A stretch of DNA of 20,047 nucleotides, taken from the NCBI GenBank assembly GCA_964556135.1, contig CAZKUY010000002.1, forward strand, positions 1 through 20,047, read 5' to 3'. Below the pieces are notes generated by a model. That model had not been told where the DNA came from. It searched no databases and was given only the letters and a program-made list of their open reading frames with translations. Source of the stretch: an uncultured Pseudomonadota bacterium. GTDB taxonomy: Bacteria; UBA10199; JADFYH01. Made by a program: the position numbers and the translations under genes. The first letter of the stretch is position 1; every line of letters starts with the position of its first letter. Positions 8,053 through 16,171 of the stretch are shown piece after piece.

Positions 8053-9242
8053 CAGCTCCCTCTCTACGACATTGTATCATCCGTTATGACGAAATTGCCC
8101 TGAAAGGCCGAAACCGCACGGACTTTGAAGTCTTGGCCATGAATAATCTCCGCCGTCTTTTGAATCCTCTGGGGCTTTATGAAATCAAAAAGCCGCGCGG
8201 CCGCTTTATTTTACTATTCAAAGAAAACCCAGAATGGCCTGCAATTCAAAACAACATCACTAAAGTTTTCGGCATTACCAGTTTTTCTCCAGCTTATCGT
8301 TGTGAATTGAATATCGAAGATTTAAAAAACTCTCTCCATATCACTTTGGCAAATCAGTCTTTTCAAACTTTTGGGGTAGAAGTCAAAAGACCGAATAAGA
8401 CATTCCCACTCGACTCCCAGGCTATCAAAATACAAATCGGCTCTTTCATCGTCGAAAAAACTCAAGCAAAGGTAAATCTAAAACAACCCGAATGCTGGGT
8501 CGAAATCGAAGTCATGGAAGATTCCATCTATTATTCTTACCAGAGGTTTGAAGGCCCCAGAGGACTGCCCATCCCAGTCTCCGGCAAACTGATGACTCTC
8601 ATCTCCGGGGGAATCGACTCCCCAGTGGCTGCTTATCAAATGATGCGACGGGGATGTGAAATGGATTTCGTGCACTTTCACAGTAGCCCCTTTACGAACC
8701 AGGCCTCTATCGAAAAAGTCCGAAAGATGGTGCAACTTCTGCAACCTTACCAAGGGCGCGCTCAACTTTATCTAGTCCCCTTTGCCAGCTTTCAAAAACA
8801 AATCGTTGCGCATAGCCCGGCCCCTTTGAGAGTCGTGCTTTATCGAAGAACGATGGTGAGAATCGCTCAAATCCTTGCTGAGCGCAGTAAAGCCCAAGGG
8901 CTTGTTACAGGTGATAATTTAGGACAAGTTGCCAGCCAAACCTTGCACAACATGCATTGTATCGACCAAGCGACATCCTTGCCTATTTTGCGTCCGCTTA
9001 TCAGCTTCGATAAAATGCATATTATTAACCAGGCTCGAAAGATCGGGTCATATCCCATTTCTGTTTTACCCGATCAAGATTGCTGCAGTTTCATGGTGCC
9101 TGAATACCCCGCCACTCGAGCAGGCCTACATTCCTTGGAAAAAGCGGAAGGCGAAATTGCCCTTGCGGAAGAAACGGACAAATGTCTCCAGCAAACTTCT
9201 CTTGAAATCATTGGGACGAATGAGACAGAATCTAAAAAATAA
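8049..9242 (+). CDS. thiI: tRNA 4-thiouridine(8) synthase ThiI, short form without a rhodanese domain
   Basis: An N-terminal THUMP-like region followed by the PP-loop LISGGIDSPVAAYQMMRRGCEMDFVHF. 397 aa. It overlaps the mutY stop by ATGA. Confidence 0.85.
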   Translation: MTAPSLRHCIIRYDEIALKGRNRTDFEVLAMNNLRRLLNPLGLYEIKKPRGRFILLFKENPEWPAIQNNITKVFGITSFSPAYRCELNIEDLKNSLHITLANQSFQTFGVEVKRPNKTFPLDSQAIKIQIGSFIVEKTQAKVNLKQPECWVEIEVMEDSIYYSYQRFEGPRGLPIPVSGKLMTLISGGIDSPVAAYQMMRRGCEMDFVHFHSSPFTNQASIEKVRKMVQLLQPYQGRAQLYLVPFASFQKQIVAHSPAPLRVVLYRRTMVRIAQILAERSKAQGLVTGDNLGQVASQTLHNMHCIDQATSLPILRPLISFDKMHIINQARKIGSYPISVLPDQDCCSFMVPEYPATRAGLHSLEKAEGEIALAEETDKCLQQTSLEIIGTNETESKK

Positions 9243-9326
9243 AATCCCTTTTTACTTTTTTGACAGATTCTAAACAACTTCTGGCCCTTGCCCTGCCGAA
9301 GATAAGCAAGAGGGGGACATTCTTTT

Positions 9327-9575
9327 ATGACAGATCCTACAAATAAAATTTGGCGAGCCGGACAAGTCATCAATGCCGGAACAGGTGAAAACGAATTCAA
9401 ATCCTTATTAAGACCTGACTTAGCTACAGCTCCCGCAATTCCTGCGGCTGGAACGGGCACCCCCGCCGACGGCTATTCTCTCGCAAGACCCACGAGCCAT
9501 GCTCTCAGCACTGGAGAGCGTGCGAATCACTCCGTGCTTTCTGGCAATCCCTTGCACAGACTTCGCAACGCTTAG
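9327..9575 (+). CDS. Small hypothetical protein (82 aa, Pro/Ala/Gly/Thr-rich), uncertain
   Basis: The GGGGG SD sits 8 nt upstream. Its 3' half lies in a locally GC-rich block (about 9425..9575) with no recognisable motif. The block could instead be non-coding. Confidence 0.3.
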   Translation: MTDPTNKIWRAGQVINAGTGENEFKSLLRPDLATAPAIPAAGTGTPADGYSLARPTSHALSTGERANHSVLSGNPLHRLRNA

Positions 9576-9612
9576 TTTGACTTCAGCCTCTTAATCTCAT
9601 TATAGATTCTTC

Positions 9613-10503
9613 ATGATGACTTTCATGGAGGAATACCAAAACATTGAAAAAGGCATGGGCCTTATTACCCTCGACGACAGCGTATTGCGCTTTGAAGGCA
9701 AAGATCTCAGCAAGTTCCTGCAAGGGATCTTAAGCAATGACCTTCGCCTCCTGACTGCCAATCAAAGTCTTTGCGCCTGCTTCTTAAATGCTAAAGGCAA
9801 ATGGATCGCGGCCCTTCAATTATTCCAAGTCGAATCCGCTATTTTTGCGAAAACAAGCCCTCTCGAAGCCAAAAATTTACTTCAAGCGATTCAAGCCCTC
9901 ATCTTATTCAGTGATAGTAAAGTCGAAGATAAAAGCGAAGAGTATCAATGGATATTAGGAATCGGCGCCCAGGCTCATGCTTGGCTTGCCGATCAGAAAC
10001 TCGCTTATCCAAGCTTTCAATGTGAAGGATATCGGCTTCCGTCTTTTCTCATCTTATGTCCTCGCGCCGAAATGGAAAGCTGGATGGCATCCCATGCTTC
10101 ACAAGGAATTTCTCCCGAAACCTTAGAAGTCTTACGAATTGAATCCTGCCTCCCCCTTTATGGGCAAGACGTGGATGACAAAACAATTCCCATCGAAGCA
10201 GGACTCGATTCCCACATTAGCTACACCAAAGGTTGTTACGTCGGACAAGAAACCATCTCTCGCATCAAGCATTATGGCCGCGTCAATAAAAGATTAGTGC
10301 GCGTCAAAATAAGGGGACAAGAGATTCCTAAAATAGGCGACGATGTCTCTCTTCAAGATAAAGACTTGGGAAAAATTTCCAGCCTTTGCTATTCTCCTTT
10401 CTTCCAAACAAACTTGGCCTTAAGTATTTTATCTCAAGAAGCAAAAGCCGGGGATCTCGTTAAAATTTCGGCCGGAAGAATCGAAGGAGAGGTGGTGGAA
10501 TGA
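9613..10503 (+). CDS. ygfZ: Folate-binding Fe-S cluster repair/tRNA modification protein YgfZ (GcvT-like fold)
   Basis: The YgfZ signature KGCYVGQE (ISYTKGCYVGQETISRIKHYGRVNKRLV) is present. LITLDD near the N-terminus aligns with E. coli YgfZ LMTLDD. Confidence 0.8.
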   Translation: MMTFMEEYQNIEKGMGLITLDDSVLRFEGKDLSKFLQGILSNDLRLLTANQSLCACFLNAKGKWIAALQLFQVESAIFAKTSPLEAKNLLQAIQALILFSDSKVEDKSEEYQWILGIGAQAHAWLADQKLAYPSFQCEGYRLPSFLILCPRAEMESWMASHASQGISPETLEVLRIESCLPLYGQDVDDKTIPIEAGLDSHISYTKGCYVGQETISRIKHYGRVNKRLVRVKIRGQEIPKIGDDVSLQDKDLGKISSLCYSPFFQTNLALSILSQEAKAGDLVKISAGRIEGEVVE

Positions 10504-11435
10504 GTGCGAAGCCCTCTTTAGATGAAGCCTACGCTCACTGCGAACAAATGGCGAAAAGCCATTACGAAAATTTTCCGGTCGGGTCCCTTTTGATACCCAA
10601 AAAAAATCGCCCGCATGTGTGGAGCATTTATGCCTTTGCGCGCAGTGCCGATGATTTCGCCGACGAGAACTATCCCTTACGAAACAGCTTTCCTAACGAT
10701 GAATCCTGGCGTCTTGCGATTCAAAATCAAGAAACAGAACGCTTAGAAAAATTAGACCAATGGCAGCAATGGCTTTTGCACTGCGTGGAAGACAAAGCCA
10801 CACATCCCATTTTCGTCGCTTTAGGTCACACGATTCGGGAATTGAAGATTCCTGTTCAGCTACTCATTGATTTGCTCACTGCCTTCAAAATGGATGTCAT
10901 TAAACGCCGCCAGCAAAATTGGGACGAAGTTCTTTTTTACTGCAAACATTCCGCGAATCCCGTCGGTCGATTAGTATTGAGAGTATTTGGCTATAACGAT
11001 CCTCGCTTAGACGAAATGTCCGATGGCATTTGCACAGGACTTCAACTCGCAAACTTTTGGCAAGACATTGCGGTGGATCGAGAAAAAGACCGCATTTACA
11101 TTCCTCAAAGCCTTTTTGAAAAAAATCAGCTCAGCTTGCAAGAATTTTTCTCTCAAAACAGCCATTTTCAATGGAAAGACTTGTTTGAAGAGCTTGGTCA
11201 GTTTACACTTCCTTTATTCTTAAAAGGACATGAGCTTCCACTGAAAGTCAAAGGTCGTCTATCTTTGGAATTAAAATGCACTTGGCTGGGTGGAATGAAT
11301 ATTTTACAGAGGGCCTGTTTTAATCCCCATCGCAAGGGACTGGAACGTCCACAGATTAAGAAAATGGATAAACTGAAAATTCTTTGGCAGGCTTTAGGAC
11401 TTCTTCCATGGTCTAAAGTTCCAAAGCAAATGTGA
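10500..11435 (+). CDS. hpnC: Squalene/phytoene synthase family enzyme. By its position first in the cassette, likely hydroxysqualene synthase HpnC.
   Basis: HYENFPVGSLLIPKK…YAFARSADDFADE is the first Asp-rich motif. The second is …QLANFWQDIAVDREKDRIYIPQ. There is a strong AGGAGAGGTGG SD, and the start overlaps the ygfZ stop (ATGA). Confidence 0.7.
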   Translation: MSAKPSLDEAYAHCEQMAKSHYENFPVGSLLIPKKNRPHVWSIYAFARSADDFADENYPLRNSFPNDESWRLAIQNQETERLEKLDQWQQWLLHCVEDKATHPIFVALGHTIRELKIPVQLLIDLLTAFKMDVIKRRQQNWDEVLFYCKHSANPVGRLVLRVFGYNDPRLDEMSDGICTGLQLANFWQDIAVDREKDRIYIPQSLFEKNQLSLQEFFSQNSHFQWKDLFEELGQFTLPLFLKGHELPLKVKGRLSLELKCTWLGGMNILQRACFNPHRKGLERPQIKKMDKLKILWQALGLLPWSKVPKQM

Positions 11436-11438
11436 AAA

Positions 11439-12299
11439 ATGCAAAACAACGATCTCAGCATTGAAAATCAAGATTACGCCCGAAAGGTCACTGAAAAAAG
11501 TGGTTCGAATTTCGCGGGCTCTTTTATTTTTTTAAATGCGGATAAAAAGCGAGCGATGCAAGCGGTGTACGCCTTTAGTCGCCTGGTCGATGACGCCGTC
11601 GACGAATCCGGTTCACCTGAAGAAGCCAAAGAGAAATTGAAGCATTGGGAAAAAGAGCTGAATGAAGCTTACGAAGCCAAAGCCAGCGATCCCGTGATGA
11701 AAGAAATTGGCTGGTCTCAAGTCCGATTCAACATTCCGAAAAAATACTTCGACGAGTTATTAAAAGGCGTTGAGCAAGATCTCTACCGCAATCGCTACCA
11801 AACTTTCGATGAACTTTGCCAATACACTTACGGTGTGGCTTCTGTGGTGGGCTTGATTTGCATGAAAATTTTTGAAGTGGAAGGTGATGACGCAGAAGAA
11901 GCGGCCATCTTGCTAGGCAGAGCCCTTCAACTCACCAATATTTTAAGGGATGTCAAAAGCGATGCCATGTGCGGACGCATTTATCTTCCTTTAAACGATC
12001 TCGAAAAATTCAGTTTGCATGAAGAAGATATTTTACAAGGCCGCGCGTCGGTTCGCACCGATTCTCTGCTCATGAGTGAGATTACTCTTACCGAAGCCAT
12101 TTACGCCTCTGCCTTTCGTCTCATGAAAAAATTGCCTCGTAAACCTTTACTCGCCGCTTGGATCATGGGCAAAGTCTATCAAGAAATCTTAATCGAAATT
12201 AAGAAAAACCCCCGCCTGCCTTTCAAAGAAAAAGTAAGTCTTTCTTCCCGTAAAAAACTCAGCATCGCCTTGCGCGAGTGGATGCGCAGCCTCTTTTAG
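11439..12299 (+). CDS. hpnD: Squalene/phytoene synthase family enzyme. Second in the cassette, likely presqualene diphosphate synthase HpnD.
   Basis: AVYAFSRLVDDAVDE is the first DxxxD motif. The second is …LQLTNILRDVKSDAMCGRIYLP. It begins 3 nt after the hpnC stop. Confidence 0.7.
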   Translation: MQNNDLSIENQDYARKVTEKSGSNFAGSFIFLNADKKRAMQAVYAFSRLVDDAVDESGSPEEAKEKLKHWEKELNEAYEAKASDPVMKEIGWSQVRFNIPKKYFDELLKGVEQDLYRNRYQTFDELCQYTYGVASVVGLICMKIFEVEGDDAEEAAILLGRALQLTNILRDVKSDAMCGRIYLPLNDLEKFSLHEEDILQGRASVRTDSLLMSEITLTEAIYASAFRLMKKLPRKPLLAAWIMGKVYQEILIEIKKNPRLPFKEKVSLSSRKKLSIALREWMRSLF

Positions 12300-12301
12300 C
12301 C

Positions 12302-13645
12302 ATGACCAAATCTGTTGCCATTATTGGAGGAGGTTTTGCGGGTTTGTCCGCAGGCGTTTATCTTGCAGAAAAAGGCTTTCATGTAGAAGTTTTTGAGAAA
12401 AGGCCTCTGCTCGGGGGGCGTGCTTATTCGGTAAAAGACTCCAAAACCGGCGATACGATGGATAATGGCCAACATTTAATGATGGGCTGTTACCATCACA
12501 CCCTCGCCTTCCTGGAAAAAATCGGCACGCGCCACTTGTTGGAGTTTCAAGAAAAAATGGAAGTAAACTTTGCTGACCCGCAAGGTCGGCATTTTTCTTT
12601 AAGCTGCCCCAATCTACCGGCACCTCTGCATTTACTCGGAGGCCTGATCGGCTTCAAAAAGCTTTCTTGGTCTGACAAGTGGGCCATGATGAAACTCATG
12701 GCTGGCGTCAAAAAATTAAATGAAAAAGAGTTTGCCAGCCTTGATTCTCTGTCTTGCGAACAGTGGTTGACGCTTTGGAATCAAAGCCTAGAAAGCATTC
12801 AAAGTTTTTGGGAACCCTTAATCCTCGCGACCTTAAACGAAATCCCCTCCATCGCTTCGGCTCAAATGCTCGCCGTTGTTTTAAGAGATGCTTTGCTGAA
12901 ATCGAAACAAGACTCACTCATGGTATGGTCTAAGGTCGGTCTTTCAGAACTTTACACGGAAGCCGCGCCTCAATTCATCGAAAATCTGGGTGGGAAAGTA
13001 CATCGACGACGCGGGGTTCAAAAAATTGTTTTTCATGAAAGCGCGTCAAAAATTGAAAAACTAAATTTAGAAGACGGGAGTGAGCATAGAGCCGATTACT
13101 ATATTAATGCCTGCCCCCCCGAAGCATTGCTTGCGTCATTAGATGAAAAAGCTGCGTCACAAGATTACTTTAAATCTTTTTCCGAAATTACTTTTTCACC
13201 CATTTTAGGAATCAATCTTTGGTTTGACCGGAGCATTAGTGAAAAGAGTTTTACAGGACTCATTGAATCACCGATTCATTGGATGTTCAACAAAGCTAAA
13301 GTATTAAGCCATTGCTCCAAAAACTACTACTCTCTCGTGATCAGCGGCGCTTACGAACTAAAAGATATGCCTCACGAAGATTTATTAAAACTCGCTTTGG
13401 TTGAACTTCATAAAGCCTTTCCCCAAGCTCGCGAGGCACAAGTGCTTCACCATCGTATTTTAAAGGAATTAAAGGCGACTCCCTCTTTTGGCATTCATTC
13501 CAATCGTTGGAGACCTTCTTATCAAAGTCCTTACTCTAACTTTTATTTAGCCGGTGACTGGACTGCCACCGGCTTGCCCGCTACCATTGAAGGCGCGGTG
13601 AAAAGCGGCTATGAGGTCTCGGAGCTCCTCTTTGCGCAGGTGTAA
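12302..13645 (+). CDS. hpnE: FAD-dependent amine-oxidase-family oxidoreductase, likely hydroxysqualene dehydroxylase HpnE
   Basis: An N-terminal Rossmann motif MTKSVAIIGGGFAGLSAGVYLAEKGFHVEVFEKRPLLGGRA, 448 aa. It begins 2 nt after the hpnD stop. The GTG at 12278 is an alternative start that overlaps hpnD. Confidence 0.7.
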   Translation: MTKSVAIIGGGFAGLSAGVYLAEKGFHVEVFEKRPLLGGRAYSVKDSKTGDTMDNGQHLMMGCYHHTLAFLEKIGTRHLLEFQEKMEVNFADPQGRHFSLSCPNLPAPLHLLGGLIGFKKLSWSDKWAMMKLMAGVKKLNEKEFASLDSLSCEQWLTLWNQSLESIQSFWEPLILATLNEIPSIASAQMLAVVLRDALLKSKQDSLMVWSKVGLSELYTEAAPQFIENLGGKVHRRRGVQKIVFHESASKIEKLNLEDGSEHRADYYINACPPEALLASLDEKAASQDYFKSFSEITFSPILGINLWFDRSISEKSFTGLIESPIHWMFNKAKVLSHCSKNYYSLVISGAYELKDMPHEDLLKLALVELHKAFPQAREAQVLHHRILKELKATPSFGIHSNRWRPSYQSPYSNFYLAGDWTATGLPATIEGAVKSGYEVSELLFAQV

Positions 13646-13696
13646 GACCTGAAATCCGGGGTTGACGCAAAGACGCCACAAACTTAGGCTAGTCTT

Positions 13697-13921
13697 ATGA
13701 TGGACGACTCTCATACTCAACAAACTCTCAAAGAAATGGTGCAATTGCAAAAAAGGAAAGTGATGCAAATGGCGCAAGACTTGGGAGTACACCTTACGGA
13801 TGAAGATATTTTAAATCCTCACGATTACCCTCTCTTATTGAAATCTCACCGCTTTAATTATGAAGACGGCTTTTTAGCGGGATTACTGGCTGCCCAAATG
13901 GCCTTGAGGGCAAAAGCATGA
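13697..13921 (+). CDS. Small hypothetical protein (74 aa), coupled by ATGA to the downstream HAD hydrolase
   Basis: An ORF with stop/start overlap at 13918..13921. I recognise no motif. Confidence 0.4.
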   Translation: MMDDSHTQQTLKEMVQLQKRKVMQMAQDLGVHLTDEDILNPHDYPLLLKSHRFNYEDGFLAGLLAAQMALRAKA

Positions 13922-14601
13922 AAAGTATTGCATTCTTTGACGTAGATGGCACCTTGCTCGATGGAATTTCAGGTTATTTCACCACCATGGAACTCGTGCG
14001 CCGTGGCATCTTGAAAAAGAGACGAGTATTACAAGCTGTTTATTATAAATTGATCAGTACCCTCTGTCGGCTCGATGACATCAAAAAAATCTACGAAATC
14101 GCCATTGCCGACATGGCCGGACACCCGATTGATTACATTAATGAAATTGGAAATGAAATTTTCGAAAGAGACTTGAAGTCTAAAATATTTCTCGAAGCCT
14201 TAGCTGAAATTGAAAAACATAAAAAGAATGGTGTGCCGGTGATTCTTATTTCCTCCGGCCCCACCATGGCCATTCAGGCGATTGCTCGTTTTGTAAAAGC
14301 GGATGATTTCTTCTCGATTGGTCCCAAGATCGAAAACAACCAACTTTCGAATCAATTAGTGGATGAACTCGCCTTCATGGAAGGAAAAATCCGAATTGCA
14401 GAAAGCCAAGCGAAAAAAAGAGGCTTAACCCTTCAAGAATGTTTTTTTTATGCGGATTCCATCCATGACAAACACCTGCTTTCAGCCGTCGGAATGCCTC
14501 ACGCGGTCAATCCCGACCGCGGTTTAAAGAAAGAAGCCCAGCGAAAAAATTGGCCCATCCTGGAATTCAAGAAAACCTTAGGCCTAGGACCCCTCAAATA
14601 A
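13918..14601 (+). CDS. HAD-superfamily hydrolase, subfamily IB (SerB-like phosphatase fold)
   Basis: Motif I FFDVDGTLLDG. A later SG/K region and a C-terminal Asp region fit HAD-IB. 227 aa. Confidence 0.75.
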   Translation: MKSIAFFDVDGTLLDGISGYFTTMELVRRGILKKRRVLQAVYYKLISTLCRLDDIKKIYEIAIADMAGHPIDYINEIGNEIFERDLKSKIFLEALAEIEKHKKNGVPVILISSGPTMAIQAIARFVKADDFFSIGPKIENNQLSNQLVDELAFMEGKIRIAESQAKKRGLTLQECFFYADSIHDKHLLSAVGMPHAVNPDRGLKKEAQRKNWPILEFKKTLGLGPLK

Positions 14602-14712
14602 TTTATTTGTCCTTCCGCCCCTTTCATCTTATCATTTTTACTCATGACCGAGGCCGGGAACTCACCGCAGGTGGGTGGCCGACCGAATGGTTGAAAATGA
14701 GAATTGTAAACC

Positions 14713-15276
14713 ATGACCCAAAAAAGCAAATTCATCGCCTTAGGCGACTCTTTGACCTATGGCTATCCTTTTGGCCAAAAGTACTCTTGGGTGGAGTTAT
14801 TGTCCCAAAGGTTAGGAATTAACATTGAGAACTCTGGAATCAATGGGAATACCTTTCGAGATATGTGGAATCGGCTGCTTTCGGACGTGATCGATTTGAA
14901 ACCCGATTACGTCATCTTAATGGGCGGCGCGAATGACGTTTGCCAAGGTCATAAAATCGAAAACCTCGAGCAAAATTTTCTAAAGCTCATTCAAACTCTC
15001 GAAGAATATAAAATAAGACCTATTATCGGCCTCTCCCCGCCCGTGGAACAAAAGGACTTAGAAGCGGTTTTGAATGAGTTCCGAGAATTTGCCAGAAAAA
15101 AAGCCCGCAAGTTCAAGTGGCCTGTTATCGATTTTTACACCTCTTTCTTAGATCCAAAAAAGAAAACAAAAAGACCTCAGGTAGGATTACTCGAAGATGG
15201 TGTTCATCCTTCTGCAGAAGGTTATCGACTCATGGCAGATGTCGCAACGCCTGTTTTAAGCAAAATTTTGAAGTAA
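14713..15276 (+). CDS. SGNH/GDSL-family hydrolase (lipase/esterase-like)
   Basis: FIALGDSLTYG is block I with the catalytic Ser. Then …ILMGGANDV… (block III GxND) and …DGVHPS… (block V DxxH). Confidence 0.8.
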   Translation: MTQKSKFIALGDSLTYGYPFGQKYSWVELLSQRLGINIENSGINGNTFRDMWNRLLSDVIDLKPDYVILMGGANDVCQGHKIENLEQNFLKLIQTLEEYKIRPIIGLSPPVEQKDLEAVLNEFREFARKKARKFKWPVIDFYTSFLDPKKKTKRPQVGLLEDGVHPSAEGYRLMADVATPVLSKILK

Positions 15277-15392
15277 AATTTCTTTCAAATTCCTAAAAAC
15301 ATAAATCTAATCAGCATAATGGAACAGTTTTTCCTTGCAAAGTGACCAAGGATTATTAACATCCCTTTCGGCAAACTTACAAAACCGTCGAA

Positions 15393-15462
15393 AGAGTACT
15401 ATCGTGTACTCGCTCGATGGGGGTCGTACTCCCGCAATCCGGGAGTACTTTAGCGAGTTTTG
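15393..15462 (+). promoter_or_regulatory. Structured 5'-leader element (candidate riboswitch expression platform or attenuator) upstream of the membrane-protein gene
   Basis: A perfect 8-bp hairpin GTACTCCC-gcaatcc-GGGAGTAC (15426..15448). It is nested inside the outer 7-bp stem ACTCGCT (15408..15414) / AGCGAGT (15452..15458). A TTT run follows. Extra palindromic GTACT units at 15396..15400 and 15406..15410 could support alternative pairings. A second small hairpin TTGGC-tct-GCCAA sits at 15459..15471. The AAGGGGA SD is at 15493..15499. Confidence 0.45.
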
Positions 15463-15503
15463 GCTCTGCCAAGACACGCGAATCGTTATAGAAAGGGGAT
15501 TCT

Positions 15504-16106
15504 ATGTTGGACGCAAATATTGGGGTGCAATTTGCCCTACGATGGTTACATTTCATTTTCGGTATTCTTTGGATCGGACATCTTTATTTTTTCAACTTCG
15601 TGAATGGTAATTTTCAATCGAAGTTAGATGCCGCTACAAAACAAAAAGTAGTTCCAGAACTCATGCCTCGCGCCCTTTGGTTTTTCCGTTGGGGTGCGAT
15701 GATGACTCTGATCACAGGCTTAGGAATTCTTTATCTTAAGTTCTTCCTTCCTGAAGGCGGCGGATTCTCTGCCATGATGGCTTCAAGTTACGGACATTGG
15801 ATCAGTATGGGTGCAGGTTTAGGCATCATCATGTGGTTCAATGTATGGTTCATTATTTGGCCCAGCCAGAAAAAGATCATTGCGGCCGTAAAAGCAGGCG
15901 AAAAACCCGATGCTGGAAAAGTAGAATTGGCTCGCAAAGCTTCTAAGCTCAACACTTTCCTTTCTGTCCCCATGCTTTTTGGAATGGGTGCGGCCTCTCA
16001 TTTACCCACCAATGATTGGAAAATTGTAGTGGGAGCGATTGTGGTCGGTTTCTTGATTGCTCAAATTTTATATAAGATTGCCCCAAAGGTTGGGGTTAAC
16101 ACTTAG
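15504..16106 (+). CDS. Integral membrane protein, CopD/HemJ-superfamily-like, 200 aa with about 4 to 5 TM helices. The specific family is uncertain.
   Basis: Hydrophobic helices with an H…W.G pattern (LHFIFGILWIGHLYFF; HWISMGAGLGIIMWFNVWFIIWP). These are reminiscent of the CopD/HemJ/PuuD membrane domains. A good SD precedes the start. Confidence 0.5.
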   Translation: MLDANIGVQFALRWLHFIFGILWIGHLYFFNFVNGNFQSKLDAATKQKVVPELMPRALWFFRWGAMMTLITGLGILYLKFFLPEGGGFSAMMASSYGHWISMGAGLGIIMWFNVWFIIWPSQKKIIAAVKAGEKPDAGKVELARKASKLNTFLSVPMLFGMGAASHLPTNDWKIVVGAIVVGFLIAQILYKIAPKVGVNT

Positions 16107-16121
16107 ACATTTTTCTGTTAT

Positions 16122-16157
16122 GAAGGGGTTCTGTGCATGCAGAACCCCTTTTTTTTT
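16122..16157 (+). terminator. Rho-independent terminator
   Basis: A GGGGTTCTG-tgcatg-CAGAACCCC stem (16125..16148) followed by T9 (16149..16157). It lies 16 nt after the TAG stop. Confidence 0.85.
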
Positions 16158-16171
16158 ACTTTGTATAAATT

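Noticed and set aside
9259-9264. Perfect TTGACA -35-like hexamer after thiI
   Set aside because: No acceptable -10 hexamer sits 16 to 18 bp downstream.
9420-9575. Possibility that the GC-rich block is a tmRNA, SRP RNA or RNase P RNA fragment
   Set aside because: No tag-peptide reading frame ending in ALAA, no tRNA-like 3' end with CCA, no SRP domain IV motif and no RNase P P4 motifs were found by eye. I kept it only as a low-confidence finding.
14602-14712. GC-rich 110-nt spacer with imperfect GACCGA/GGCCG repeats between the HAD and GDSL genes
   Set aside because: I could not build a convincing stem-loop or repeat structure. It is probably an ordinary promoter region.
15335-15610. 91-aa + strand ORF overlapping the structured leader and the start of the membrane-protein gene
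   Set aside because: It lies across the hairpin-rich intergenic region in a different frame from the well-supported downstream gene. It has no SD and no motif, so it is most likely spurious.
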